Under the pieces are notes generated by a model. It had not been told where the DNA came from. It searched no databases and saw only the letters and a list, made by a program, of their open reading frames with translations. Shown one piece after another: positions 50,857-64,000 of a DNA stretch of 64,000 nt. Where the stretch lies: positions 21,186 through 85,185 of the forward strand of contig MCFE01000371.1 of NCBI GenBank assembly GCA_002104905.1, in the 5' to 3' direction. The position numbers and the translations under genes are program-made. Numbering within the stretch: position 1 is the stretch's first letter; the number at the start of each line of letters is the position of its first letter. The stretch is from Basidiobolus meristosporus CBS 931.73. Lineage: Eukaryota > Fungi > Basidiobolomycota.

Positions 50857-53800
50857 GACCACCAATATACCTTCAAGTTTAATTAACCTAATGAGTAGTG
50901 AAACAAGCATAAAACTGTCATAATCCTGTCCTCAGTTTGAAAGAAAGTTGAAGGTACCTGGCTGCTTGCATATGACACCTACATAGTGGATTCTAAAGGC
51001 TGATAAGGTTTGGACTTGCCTGCTAGAAATCAAGTCAAAATAGCAGTTGTCTTGGTGGCATTTTTCCTGGTTCTTATGGGACTCAGACTGCTTTACACTT
51101 GCAGTATTAATTAGTGGGAGCTGCAGCATATATTTATGATTATCTGTCTCTTGCCTGAAAAGACTTTTTTCCTATTGCTTTCCACTTTTCTTATCTTTGC
51201 TACTGACACGTCTTTTACTTCTGCTTTGACAGGGTACTTGATATTTTTTTGCACTTAACGCTTTACAGATCTTCAATGTATTTAACTTTTGGGCTTTAGT
51301 GTACTTCTTGCAGTCTCTCCCTCCTAGGCTGCAATGGGTATGCTGAGGGCCTTGTCCTTGCGCACTTTGGCCATGCTTTAAGAACATTGTCATGCTCTAC
51401 TGCAGTCACACTGGGAAATGGTGGAAATTGAGCCTGTTACATAGAGCTACCTGAGTGCCTTCCTTGCAGCAAAGAAACTAAATCCTCAACCTGGTGTATT
51501 GATTACTCTATATGTAGTATCCGCTCATCCTGTGTCTGGATTGTTTCCTGCTTTCTCTGGGCAATGGCACTTTGATAGTGGTCATTTTACGGCAGTTATT
51601 TGCTGTTCTTCTGGCACAGGCACTGCATATGATTTATTCCTATCTGCTTGAGCATTGAAGCTAGCTTGTAGATCTGCCAAGATTCTCAGCTGCCTTTCCA
51701 GCCAAGAGCCTCAGGAGTACCCATTACTACCTTCAGTGGCCACACTGTCACCACAACTTTGCTTGAATGCCATCCTCTTTGTTACATTGAATGGTAAAGC
51801 AAGCTGTTGCCTATCCACTCTTTTATTGTTGCTGCATTGGGGCTTGGTTGTGATCCAGAAAGCTTGGTTGTGTCTCTATGGCATATACATGGTATATACA
51901 GGTGAATACTGCTTTACAAGCTTTCTTGTACTGCTTCCCATGGTGAGCCATTATAGTTGTACAATTTCCAAGTGAACTATCTATACAAGAATATTTTAAG
52001 CTCACATGAATATAAACAAAGAATTAGTACATTGGTACTGCATCACCAAATGTCCTGGTGTTGGCCTGGGTCATCTTGAAGGTATGTGCAACCATGTCTT
52101 TGCCTTAGCACTTGATGAACTCATAATAGGCAAGTACCCTACCAGCAAATCCTGTTGGCCACTGATTCTGGTAAACCTGGATCTGTGCATTATCATTATT
52201 GGAGCAGAAATCTGATTGTAGTCTCACCAGTATTTGTGCCTAATTCACAGTCAACCTTAATAGCTACCTGCAACATTACTAGATGAGCCCTGCATGCCAT
52301 CCATTACACAATTTGTATATGCCTATTTTGTCAAAGCACCTATCATAGTCTGTCTTAGAGATACCTCTTCCAATGGTAAGATAGCTGGCTTTTCTGATCA
52401 CAATGATTAGTATTGTTGTATTTACCTTGCATACTGGACAGCTTTACTGTAAGATTGTGAGATCAGTAGGAATCAATTTATAACTCTAACACATTATTGT
52501 AATCTAAGCACTACCATTAAGAAATTCTTCTTTCCATATAGAGTACATACAGAAGTTTGCATGCAATTGCAGCATACCTGGCAAGATAGATGCCAAATAA
52601 CCAGCAATAAAAACTAATAAACAGCTGCAGATGGTTAAGATAACATGGACAAATCAGTGCAAAAGGTTCCCACTGGGAGCAATGCAGTTGCTTTTTAACA
52701 ATGTTGCAATACTTGTAGGTTGATTTTACATTTGGCATTTAAAGCTAAATGAGCCCTTTGAGGTACCAGCAAATTTTGAAAGAGTTGGCAAGCTACTCCA
52801 GTGTATCTGCATATCAAAGTACTGCTTACAAGCTCCAAATTAAATTAAAACACATGTATTAATACAAAGCCAAGTACTGGACAATGTGGATATGTATATA
52901 CTCATGTGGACTTCCTAAACAACTTAAATCCAAAGCTCATTGGACCTTTGGGAGTCAAATGCTGGCATTGTAGGAATGGTTATTCAGATGTAGATAACTA
53001 GTGAATCTTTAGTAGGTCTACAGCTTTAATGTAAGAAGTCTATGATAGAATGTGAGTGACTATACTACAAGCATAGGTTTACAAGCATAGATCTCAGTTA
53101 TTACCATATGCGTACTCCACTCCTGCTTGCTTAGTGTAGGTAATATCAAATCTTGCTTCATCTTTAGGGAGTTTCCAATGCATGGAATGTAAAGGGAGAA
53201 AAGAGGGAATGATAGGTGGTAAGTACCACCATACTCCTACCACATCATAAACACCATCTTTGGGACTATCATGGAAGCAATGAGCTAGCTTTTTGGAGGC
53301 AGAAAGGAAATGTGAAAGCTAACCCTCACTTGACACCATTCATATTTCATGAATGCCCCATCAAAAGACAGTCAAAAGGTTGATTAGTTTAGTACTCTAT
53401 TTGGCAAGAGCATTAACGCATTGCCATAATCCCACATAAGAATATAAACAAGGTCAAGAATTTTAAGCATTTACGTAATCATAATAGCTGGATAAGGTCA
53501 ACATCTAACTCAGGAAGTAGATTGGCAAAAGTTAAAACCTTGATAACATTGGCTTGAGTACTTTAAGTACATATGTATATGCTTATATTTGGCATGTTAT
53601 ACCCTACAAAAAATAATTTAGTCCTGCAGGTGGATTCATTAAATATCAGCCACTAAGGTTCCAAAATCAGGCTTTCAGAATGCCAGCAGCTTGGAATTAT
53701 CAACCCTCTTTGCAATCTGATGGCACAATAGTACTTCGCTATTATACTGCTATAAAGGTAAGTCAGCTTGATGGAGCTCAGACAGTTCTTAAACAGGATA

Positions 53801-54856
53801 TTGATGGCATTCTGTTAGTCTTGTTGAGGCCTGCACTTATTTGAGTGAATGCAACTGGCCATTGTATGCAAAAGCAATCAGGACTATGCAATTGATTGTT
53901 TTGTCAAAAATTATTTTGGATCCATTTGCAAATAACAACACGAAGGTTTTTGCTAAAATTTTGGTAGGTCTATGCTCAATAGGATATGTCTATTCTGATC
54001 CAACAGTTTCCTGTACCATGGACTTGGTGTCTTCTGAAGTTAGTCATTTCACAACAGTCACGGCTAACAGGATATTCTTTGGGACCAACACAAGAAACAC
54101 CAACTATTTTAGCAAAAATTTCAATGTGGCACCCAACCCTTATTAGATTGCCAACGGTCTGACTGAAAACTGCATCTTTTGTGCCACAAGATTGGCTACC
54201 CTTGGGAGTACAGACAATTTACACAGATAAAAAGAATGGAATCCGGTCAAGTACAGAGATTGGTGGGGATATGCAAAGAGTACATGCCAACATGGAATGT
54301 GGGACAAACTTTGTCAGGTTTGCAGAAAGATTCCCCTTAACATATCACTCAACAACTGTTATATGAAGTAGGGAAGAAGACAAGGATGTAATGTACAGAA
54401 TAACAATTGTAGCCATTATTATTAAACTTATTCATTATGAAAAAAACAAACCATAATCAGAACCTTTTTTGAAAGTCAGTTAACATGTCTTTTCATAACC
54501 AGAATTACTGCCTTGATAAATTTAATAATGTACTGGTGAAACCAGACTGCATCCTGTCTCTGATATTTGGGAGCATCTTTCCCATGTACCCAGACACAAT
54601 GTCAACTATTGCATATGATGATAAGGATGGGTGCAGATTTATGATAGAGTTACAAGTATGTCCATATTTCTCATAATACCCAACTAATCAGGATTAGGTC
54701 TGAAATTTAGTGATGTGCTAAGAATGTATCTTAATAATGTAAGAAACCAGCAATAACAGAAGAGCAAGGGTGTTATGGCTAAGAGCCAAAAGCTTCCTCA
54801 TGAGCCTATTACAACCAGGGCCAAAAGCTTTAAACAGGAGTCAAAGAAATTTTAAG

Positions 54857-57800
54857 TGTTACAAGTCTTGATACAAGAGTTGTAGAGGAATAGGGAGTTT
54901 AACTTGTATAGTACTTATAAACACTTAAACTGATCTTTGTCAAGGTTCCAGCAGCTCCTTGTATATATTTTGCAATATCAATTGCTGAGTAACTGTATTT
55001 CTTGGTGTAGATTGTGACTGATGACTCATTGGATTGCATCATGACCAAATTAGAACTTACTTGATATATCCAATTCAATCTGGTAAAGATCTGATGATTC
55101 ATCTGCTTACCAATATAACTGACTTGATGGTGAATACTGATATACTGATAGGCAAGCATGAGATCAGTTGATTTGGCTAAAAACTGATTTAACTTAGACA
55201 TTCAAGCATCAGATCATAACATCCTTCCCTACCATGGCTGAGAGGGCTCTCCTGAATATCTTTGCTGGTGATAGCAATATCTTGATGGTTCAGCATTGTC
55301 AGTGAGTGTTGGAAGATTGAGTCTGTTTCCATGAACTAGATCTGCTTGGAGATTCCCTTGTTTATCTACTAGTTGGTAAGTTGCAAATGGACATTTTCTG
55401 ATGATCTTGAATTGTCCTGTCTATTATGGTTCAAACTTTGTCTGAGTGCTGTTTCTTAGCAATAGAATGATCCAACTGTCAAAGCCTCTGGTGATATAGT
55501 CTTATGAAATCTCTGCTTCATCTTTTCTTCACTCTAAGAGTTTGGACCTGTGCTTCCTGTCACTTTTATTCCAATTGTTGGTGTCAACTAGGCTGACTGA
55601 GCTCATTCTCTAATCTGACGGTGAGCTTTAGCTATGTGAGATCTCCTGAGATTCTTGGTCTACCTCCATACACATAGTAAAATGGCAATCATTGGGTACT
55701 GTTGTGCACCTTAACTCTGCAGGCAAACAATACTTGGTCAATATACTTGTCCCATTTACTTATAGCTCAGATTGAATACTAGGTTGGCATCTTTTCCAAA
55801 TAGTCCACCAGCCTGCTCAGTAACTCTATTAGTTCTAGGGTGAAATACAAAAGCTTTCAAATTCTTGATCTGTTGCATTACCTGGTAGGCTTCTAATGTT
55901 TTTGCCAGAAAGCATGCACCTCTGTAAGATAAGATTTCCACAGGGCATCCAAGCTTTAACAGGATTGCATATCAATGAAACTTGGAACTTATTGTGTTAC
56001 AAGTCTTGGGATAAGAATTGTAGAGGAATAAGGAGTTTGGCTAGTATTGTATTCACTAAAACTAGATCTGATTTTTATCAAGGTTCCTGCAGCTCCTGAT
56101 ATACAATTTGCCAGATATATTGCTGACTATTTATATTTTCTAATGTAGTTGTGGTTGATGACTCATTTGATTGCATTATCATCACCCAATAAGATCTTAC
56201 TTAGTATATCTATTTCTGTATGATAAGGATCTGCTGATTCATTTGCTGACTAATGCTACTGACATGATAGATAACACTGATATACTGATAGGCTAAGCAA
56301 ACAACTAATGATTTGACTGAAAACTGATCTAACTTAATTATTCCAGCAGTAGATTGTAACATACTCCCCTACCATAGTTGAGAGGGTTCTCCGCAATCTC
56401 TTTTCTTGTGATGCCAATATCTTGATGGTTCAGTATTGTTGACAAGTCTTCCAAGCTTGAGTCTGTTCCTATGAACTAAATCTTCCCAGTTATTCCCTTG
56501 TTTGCACATTGGTTGGTTAGCTGCAAATGGACATTCTCTGATGATCTTAAAAGGTTCCATCCATTGTAGCTCAAACTTTCTCTGAGTGCTGTTTCTCAGC
56601 AATACAAAGTTCTCAACTGTCAATGCTTCTGATGATATAGTCTTATCAAGTCTCTGCTTCATCTTTTCAGCATTTTGAGATACTTTTGCCTGTGTCTCTT
56701 GACCTCTTTGTTCCTGCTGCTGGTTTTTACTTGCCTGACTGAGCTCATCTTCTAAGGTGTCTGTAAGCTTTGGTTGTGTGAGAACTCCTGGAATCCTTGG
56801 TTCACATCCATACACTAAGTAAAATGGTAATTTTGGGTGGTATTGTGTACTCTAACTCTGCATGCAAAAAGTGCTGTTCTATATACTCATCCCATATACT
56901 GACAGCTCTATTTGTATACTTGATCAGCATTTTTCCAAATAATGAATCAAACCGCTCAGCAACTCCATCAGTTCTAGGGCAATATGCCAAGGTTTTCAAG
57001 TGTCTGATGTGCTGCATTTCCGGGTAAGCTTTCAATGACTTTGCCATAAAGCTTGCTCCTGTATTGCATAAAATCTCTACAGGCATCCAAGCTTCTCAAC
57101 GATCTCATGGTAAATGAAACTTTCAACTTCTTGTTTACTGGCTAAAGGTACTGCTGTGACTACTGGCCATTAAGTGGCATGTCCAATTGCTACTAACATT
57201 CAAGGGTTGCATTTGCTGGTAGTTGGCAGTCTTGTGATAGAGTCTACACCCCATCTTTCAAATAGTCTTACAGTCTCCAAGAGAAAGAGTGCAGCAATTA
57301 TCTGTGGTTGGCCTTGGTTGATCTGGCAATTTGGCATATCTGTATCCATTGTGTAGCTTATGTATCAAGTCCAGGCAAAAAACAGAAGGGCAATAGGCAA
57401 TAGGGCTTTCATCCACAAGTTGGTAAAATGTTTCACCCTCTGCCACAAGCTTGCTGGTTTCATCCTGGATTATATTGCTGCTCTTCATCCACCTCATTAG
57501 GAATGGCTTGGTCCTCCAAGTACTTTTGTAATTGGTGAGGCCAATCTGATTCACATACCAAGTTTAGTTGAGCAACTTGTTCTAATCTTGATGAGGGACT
57601 GGGAACTGTGTTGTTTTTTCCAGGGCAGTACACAATCTCCAGGTCAAATTGCTGAATGTATTTACTCCATCTTGTCATTCTTCTAGAGAGTACCTTTGGA
57701 GTAAATATGTACTTGAGGGAGGCTTGGCCAGTCTTCACAGTGCATTTGACTCCTTCAATTTAGCATTTCCATGTCTTCAAGCTGTGTATTATAGTAAGTC

Positions 57801-60800
57801 ACTCCTTCTCATGCACTGGATAGCTTTGTTCTGCTGAGTTCAGGCTCTTGGGTTCAAAGATAACTGGGTAGTCCTTTTCCTTGTGCTTTGGCTCTATACT
57901 CCACCAATTACTTAATCTGAAGCATCTGTGCACAGAGTAAACTCTTTTCTGAAGTCAGGTATTCCTAAGCTTGGCAGCTTAGTAAGTTCATTCTTGAGTA
58001 TCAGAAAGGCAGTCTTGCAGGCTATGTCCCACTTGTTGGTATTGTCTTTCTTGAGTATATCAGTTAAAGGGGCTGCAATACTTGCAAAGGACTTGACAAA
58101 TATCCAATAATAGGAACCCATTCCAAGGAATGATCTGAGTTCTGATATGCTATGGGGCTGCTTCAGACTCCTGGTAACTTCAACCTTCTTAGGGTCTAAG
58201 GTCACTCCTGTGCTAGTCACTATGTGTCCCAGATATTCAATGTGCTCCTCAAAGAATTCACACTTGAGTAGCTTGCCAAAAAGCATGTTCTCTCTTAGCT
58301 ACTTCAAGACCATTTCAATGTACACCAAGTGATCCTCTTCTGTCTTGCTGTAAATTGATATGACAACTGGATAGATTATCACAAACTTGTCTAAACACTC
58401 CTGGAAGACAGTCTGCATCAGGGTCATGAATGTTGCAGGGGCATTGGTAAGGCCAAAACTCATGACTAAGTACTTCTAATGTCCATATCTGGTCCTGAAT
58501 GCCATCTTAGGGATGTCCTCTGGCTTCACCCTAATCTGGTTGTATCCCAACCTGAGGTCAATCATGCTGAATATAGTGGCTCCATTGAGTTGGTCCAAAG
58601 CTCATCAATCTGAGGTATGGGGTATCTTTTCTCCACAGTCACTGAGTTGAGAGCTCTATAGTCAATGCATATCCTAAGTGTTCCAACCTTTCTTTTCACA
58701 CACTGTACTTGTGCTCCCCAAAGTGACTTTCTGGGTCTGATATATACTTGCTCCAGTAACTGATATACTTGTCTCTTCATCTCTTCCTACTCCAATGGAA
58801 TCATTCTGTAAGGTGCCTTACTCACTGGAGGGCTATTTCCTGTTTCAATGGCCCAATCCATGTCTCTGACTGGTGGTAGGCTTACAAGTTCATCAGGACA
58901 TACATCTGAATATTCCCTCAAAAGGATCTGGACCTTCTAGTGTACTTGAGTAGAGGAATCCCTGTGTAATACTGCCATGAGGAACATCTGGGTGCCTTTT
59001 CTAAGTGCTCTACAGAACTGTATCTTGCAAAGTTCACTTGTTTCACACACACTGGAATTGACCAAGTTGAAGTCCAGTCTGGCAGGTAACAGCCTATAGG
59101 TCTTGTTGCCCTTCTTGATCTGATTAGCATGGGTTCTCCAGTTGTTTAATGGATTATGACAAAATAGCCAGGTTTTTCCAAGTACATGGTTAAACATGCA
59201 GTTCCCAAATATATAGGTCTGTAGGTCTTATTCAATATAATTGATCTTGATCCTTACCAGCTGAGTCATATGGTTGATCATGTGAAGGTTCTCAACAGCT
59301 GTTGAGACTGGAGTTGCTTTGGTGAATTCCAAGTTGATTCCAGCCTTCAAAGCAAATTGCTCAGACATGTAATCATGCAAAGCTTCTAAGTCAAATATGA
59401 TCTTGGCACGTACTCCATTAATTACTCCATTCCAATATAATAGCTTTCCTGAGTTTGAGGTCATCTGGGATCAATATTCTTCAGTCATATGGAAGGTGAG
59501 TTCTGAATCTTCTTCAAGCTCATCCTCCATGTTACTATGCTCAAGGGCATCAATATGGTTGAAGGTTTTTGATGGCCAGTGCCCATTTCTTCTCTGAGGG
59601 CAGTACTTTGCAATATGTCCCTGCTGGTGGCAATAAAGCAAAGTCCTTTCTTCTTACATGCTTCTGAGGTAAGATTCTTTTGCATAGCATCTATTTTCAT
59701 TGGCACTGCTTCTGATTGTCTTCTTTCATAGTGATTGTAGCTTCTCTGATCAGTCATTGTGGGCTTTCCAACTCCAAACATAGCTGAGTCCTATTAAATG
59801 GCAATCTTGATGGCTCATTCAGTGGTCTGAGGTCTTCAGTAGTTCACTTCATTGCTAGTTCTTTCATCCATTAATAAAGGATTCCACTTAATCCAGAGGG
59901 TCCATTCTTTGAACTTGTCCAAATAGACATCTATATTCATAAATGTACTCTTGAGCCATTCCTTTTGGTCTTAGTATCTTTAGCTTTCTTCTTGGTAGTG
60001 TCTGCTGGTGCAGGGGTTCAAAAGCATCCTGAATTGCCAACACAAACTCATCCCAGGTAGAGATTGTAGAGCATCCCATCATGGTGTATGACCTGATCCT
60101 GTTGTGGTACCATTGTAAAGCTGCATCTACCAGGTAAGAGACTGCTTAATGTAACTTGCTTTCTTGAGCAGTTTCCTTAGCCTTGAAAGTCTTCAATCTG
60201 AAAAGCCAAGTTCCCAGATTTTTATCAACTCTACCTTGGTACTAGTTGACCTTCACACTGAAGTTGCTCTTGACAGGGTTTTGCTAGCTTTGGGCCATGA
60301 TATTCATTCATTGTTGCTGCTGGCTATGGATATGGAGTAACTGTTGCTGTTAGGCCAGGATTCATTGCATAGCATTCTTCCATTCTTGATTTTCTGACAT
60401 CTTAGGGGAGACTTCTTCTTCCTTCAGGAGGGAGATTTTTGGATACTACTGCTACAAATATTACAAGTCTTAGTGCAAGAGTTGTAGAGGAATAGGGAGC
60501 TTAGCCAGTATTGTATTCACTAAAACTTGAACTTATTCTCATTGAGGTTCCAGCAGCTCCCTATATATGTTTTGCCAGATAAATTGCTGACTGTTTATAT
60601 TTTTTAATGTAGGTTGGAGCTGATGACCCATTTGATTGCATTATCATCACCTAATAACATCATACCTAATATATCTATTCTTGTCTGATAAGGATCTGCT
60701 GATTCATTTGCTGAGTAATGCAACTGATTTGATAGTTAATACTGATATAATGACAGGCTAAACATATGACTAATTGATTTGACTAAAACTATCTAACGGA

Positions 60801-62795
60801 ATCATTCAAGGCAAAGATCATAACACTTGTTCACAGGCTACAAGTACAGCTTAAGCAACTGGCCATTTAGTGCATAGTTGTTTTCTACTCAAATTGACCA
60901 ATTGGGTTTTAGGTAATGGGCAGTCTTGCTGAAAGTCAATTCCCCATTTTTCAAATGATCTTATTGGAACTAAGGGAAGGAGCTCAGCAATTCACTGTGG
61001 TCAACCTTGGTTGATTTGGCAACTTGGGGATGTTTTCACTGGCCTCTCAATATCTTATTCCATTCTGGGCCACCATGCTCCAGCTTTTATGAGGCTATGA
61101 GTTCCCTCAATTCCCAGATATTTGAGTCCATTGTGTAGCTGGTGTATTAAGTCCAGGCAAGCAGCATAGGTGCAATAGGAAATAGGGCTTCCATCAACAA
61201 TTTGGCAGAGTGTAGCATCCTATACTGCAGGTTTGCTTGCATCATCCCATATAATTCTCTTGACATCTTCATCCACCCATTAGCAATGGCTTGGCCCCCC
61301 GAGTACTTTGGTAACAGGCTGGGCCAATATGATTCATACACCAGGTTGAGTTGTGCAACTTGTTCTAGTCATGAAAAGGCATCAGCAACCATGTTGCTTT
61401 TCCCAGGGTGGTAGACAATCTCCTGGTCAAGTTGCTGAGTTTATTCACTCCATCTTATCATTCTTCAAGATAGTACCTTCTGAATATAAATGTCCTTAAG
61501 GGTGAGATGATCTATCTTTGCAGTGCACTTGACACCTGCAATGCAGGATATCCATGTCTTTAAGCAGTGTATTATGTCAAGCTTCCACTTAACATGCACC
61601 AGATTGTTTTGTTCTACAGAGTTCAGGCTCTTGTATTTTATAGCAGCTGGGTATTGCTCTTCTTCTGGCTCCTAGTACAGTACTCCACCAATTGCAAAAT
61701 CTGAAGCAATTGTGCAGAGAGTAAACTCTTTTCTGAAGTCCGGTACTTGTTAGCTTTACAGCTTTGCAAGCTCATTTTGAGTGTCTGAAAGGCAATCTCA
61801 CAGGATATGTCCTACTTTAAGGCATAGTCCTTCTTGAGCTTATCACCAAAGCATTGGTGGTCCCCAGGATGACTAACTGGGACTGGAGTTTCCTTGCTCC
61901 AATAGTTGACCAATTTGTCTCTTCACATCTTCCAATTACAATGGACTCAACCTGTAAGATGTCTTGTTCACTGGGGGGCTATCTTCTGTGTCAGTGGCAT
62001 GACTCACATCTTTGACTGATGGTTGGCTAGCTAGTTCATCTGGAAATATATCTGAATAATTGTCCAAAGAGTCTGGACTTGCTGGGGTGCTGTAGTATAG
62101 GATTGCCCTGTGGTACTGCTATGAGAACCATCTTTATAACTTTTCTAAGTGATCTGCAAAACTCTGCCGTGCTCAATTCACTCTTTTCCAACAAACTAGA
62201 ATTGACCAAGTTGAAATCCAGTCTGTCAGGTAGGAGCTCTTAAGTCTAGTTGCCTTTTTGGATCTGAGTGGCATGGTTCTCCAATTGATTGATGTATTGC
62301 AGATGTATAGCCGTGTTTTTCCAACAACAAGGTCAAATTTGCAGTATTCAAATATATAGGTCTGCAGGTCTTGTTCATAGTCTTTGATCATCTTTCTTAT
62401 TTGTGCAGAAATACAGCTGATTATGTTAGAGTCCCTACCAGCTACTCAAGCTGAAGTGAATTTGTTAAATTACAAGTTGATCCTGCTTTTAAGGCTGGTT
62501 ATTCTGACATGTACCTGTGTGATGCTCCTGAGTCAATCATAATCTTGGCAGGTACTCCATTGATTACTCCATTTAAGTATATTATATTCCCTGGGTTTGA
62601 TGTCATTTGGGTTAAGTATTTGTCTGTCATATAGAAGTTGAGTTCTGACTCCTCTACAAGCTCAGCTTCCACTGTACTATGTCCTTGGGCTTTACTATTG
62701 TGGAAGGCACTTATAGACTGGTGTTGATATCTTCACTGAGGGCAGTACTATGAGATTTGCCTATACTGGTGGCATTTGAGACCAAGCCCTTGTAG
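54857..62795 (-). mobile_element. Older Ty3/Gypsy element (3' LTR 54857-55221) split by a nested same-family element
   Basis: Integrase remnant 55222-55994 continues at 60826; protease, RT and RNase H remnants run to ~62790. Confidence 0.8.
55995..60825 (-). mobile_element. Full-span degenerate Ty3/Gypsy element (LTRs 55995-56361 and 60459-60825)
   Basis: Two ~367-bp LTRs, PPT GGTAGGGGAG, PBS remnant; gag, PR, RT (LRICIDYRALN, ELRSFLG, FTLCTDASD), RNase H and integrase remnants; flanks ATTG/CTTG. Confidence 0.9.
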
Positions 62796-62799
62796 TGTG

Positions 62800-62830
62800 G
62801 CTCCCACTCTACCAACTGAGCTATGTTGGG
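62800..62830 (-). pseudogene. tRNA-Tyr pseudogene, 5' half only
   Basis: Reverse complement CCCAACATAGCTCAGTTGGTAGAGTGGGAG, truncated against Gypsy sequence. Confidence 0.8.
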
Positions 62831-63003
62831 TTTTGTTATTTGATCCTGACTTAAAATATAATATGGAGATAAATAGTACAATAGCATTGATACTAACTTG
62901 CTAATCAACTGCATTACAAAAAATAGTTTATAATAGACAGCAGGTATCTAGAGAGCTCCTATAGTTATACTTGCCTGACTAAGCCACCAATGGCAAGAAA
63001 TAG

Positions 63004-63322
63004 CCCTATGGAAAATTTCAAACTTGGAATTCTTCTGATTTTCAGCTGGTTTTCTGCTGGTATTCTAATGGAATTTTGCTGGTATTCAGCTGGTGCTTTT
63101 AGTCCAAAATTTCAGATGAAATTCTTGATCAAAGAAATGGGCACCTAATCACTAAATTTGATATGGATGGTAGTTGACCTAGTCTCCTCCTGGAGTGTTT
63201 GTTTGCTGACCTGCTCATAAGCTAACAATAGCAATATTGAGAGTTTTCAATTTTGAAAACTTAGAACTCAGCTGATATTATGATGGTATTTTACTGGCCT
63301 TTTCTTAATTTTTTTCTTAGTG
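63004..63322. mobile_element. 319-bp non-autonomous CACTA/CMC-like element, 3-bp TSD TAG
   Basis: Absent from the intact copy at ~770. Termini CCCTATGGAAAA / TTTTCTTAGTG, TAG on both flanks, internal TGCTGGTATTC repeats. Confidence 0.75.
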
Positions 63323-63391
63323 TAGATTTTGATCTAAATGGCAGCTAAGTTAAATTGTCATTTAGAACAATGGTAATTGAGCCACAAGAAT

Positions 63392-63474
63392 GGAGAAATG
63401 GCCAAGTTGGTCTAAGGCGTCACTTTAAGGACATGTTCTCTTTAGAGGCGTGGGTTTAAATCCTACTCTCTTCA
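63392..63474 (+). pseudogene. tRNA-Leu(AAG) pseudogene
   Basis: 83-nt copy of 621-703 with broken stems and B box GGTTTAAATCC. Confidence 0.9.
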
Positions 63475-63667
63475 TTTCTTTTGGAGTAATTATGCTTGCC
63501 TTTACTCAAGAGTCACCTAAGAGCCAAAGCCAAATTTGGTAAATGGCAAAGGCAACAGCCACTTAATGTTTTGAACATTTGGATGCTTAGCACAGCCCTT
63601 TGAAGTAGACAATAAGGAAATTTTCTTGCACAAGTATAAAAGTATAAAAGGATCATCATGTAAGACA

Positions 63668-63740
63668 TGCATTCTGCTGGAATCAAACCAGCAACCTTCT
63701 GCTTACTAAGCCAATGCTCTGAAAACTCAGTCAAGGAAGC
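63668..63740 (-). pseudogene. tRNA-Thr(AGT) pseudogene
   Basis: 73-nt copy of 355-427 with many substitutions. Confidence 0.9.
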
Positions 63741-63951
63741 ATAATACAACAACCCTTTCATATATCTATTATCTAAAATTGCCCTTCAGCAAGAATGATT
63801 AGGTAATGGAGAGCATCATTGTATCTGGAGAGCATCATTGTATCTGGAAAGCAAGCCCTTTAGGCGAAAGACAGCAGTGCAAAGGAAGAACAGACACATG
63901 CACACATAACAGAAGCAAACAAGTATCATGTAATGGAGCAGTTTGGAAGAA

Positions 63952-64000
63952 AACATCAGCACCTAGTATTCTCACATGGTCCACAACCATTGTACTGACT
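63952..64000 (-). pseudogene. 5S rRNA pseudogene (3' part; cut by the window edge)
   Basis: Reverse complement of 113-160 with substitutions, including CpG losses. Confidence 0.88.

Larger units (their letters stand above)
62800..64000 (-). repeat. Decayed inverted duplicate of ~113-972 (5S-Thr-Leu-Tyr part of the cluster); runs off the window
   Basis: Reverse-complement colinearity including spacers; CpG loss; 19-bp tandem duplication at ~63808-63848. Confidence 0.95.

Noticed and set aside
50900-54800. Possible LINE RT or DNA-transposase remnants (FKY-, DWQK-, CIFC-like fragments)
   Set aside because: Frames are too broken and the motif spacing is inconsistent; cannot be classified by eye.

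Overview
Eukaryotic, fungal-type genomic window. The gene set and 55-65 nt introns suggest an early-diverging fungus; this is inference only. There are four compartments. (1) 1-2650: an intact Pol III cluster of 5S rRNA plus eight different tRNA genes. (2) ~2650-10000: CpG-depleted LTR-retrotransposon debris containing a decayed direct copy of the Lys-Cys-Ala part of that cluster. (3) ~10190-33500: a GC- and CpG-rich island of nine genes: Pumilio/Puf3-like, an orphan secreted Pro-rich protein, CDC24, a chitin-synthase-like protein with a degenerate catalytic motif, aspartyl aminopeptidase, a Zrg17-like Zn transporter, V-ATPase subunit f, a Delta8 sphingolipid desaturase with a frameshift, and CLA4. 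(4) ~33800-64000: a CpG-depleted field of Copia and Ty3/Gypsy elements (one near-complete Copia, solo LTRs with perfect TSDs, nested Gypsies) ending in a decayed inverted copy of the 5S-Thr-Leu-Tyr part of the cluster. The most notable signals are two unrelated LTRs each ending 10 bp upstream of a tRNA 5' end (candidate Pol III-targeted retrotransposons), a 5S-tRNA cassette duplicated at DNA level, near-total CpG-specific erasure in duplicates, and an apparently intact chitin-synthase gene with QRRRW replaced by QQGRI. All coordinates and counts are manual; no database searches were run.
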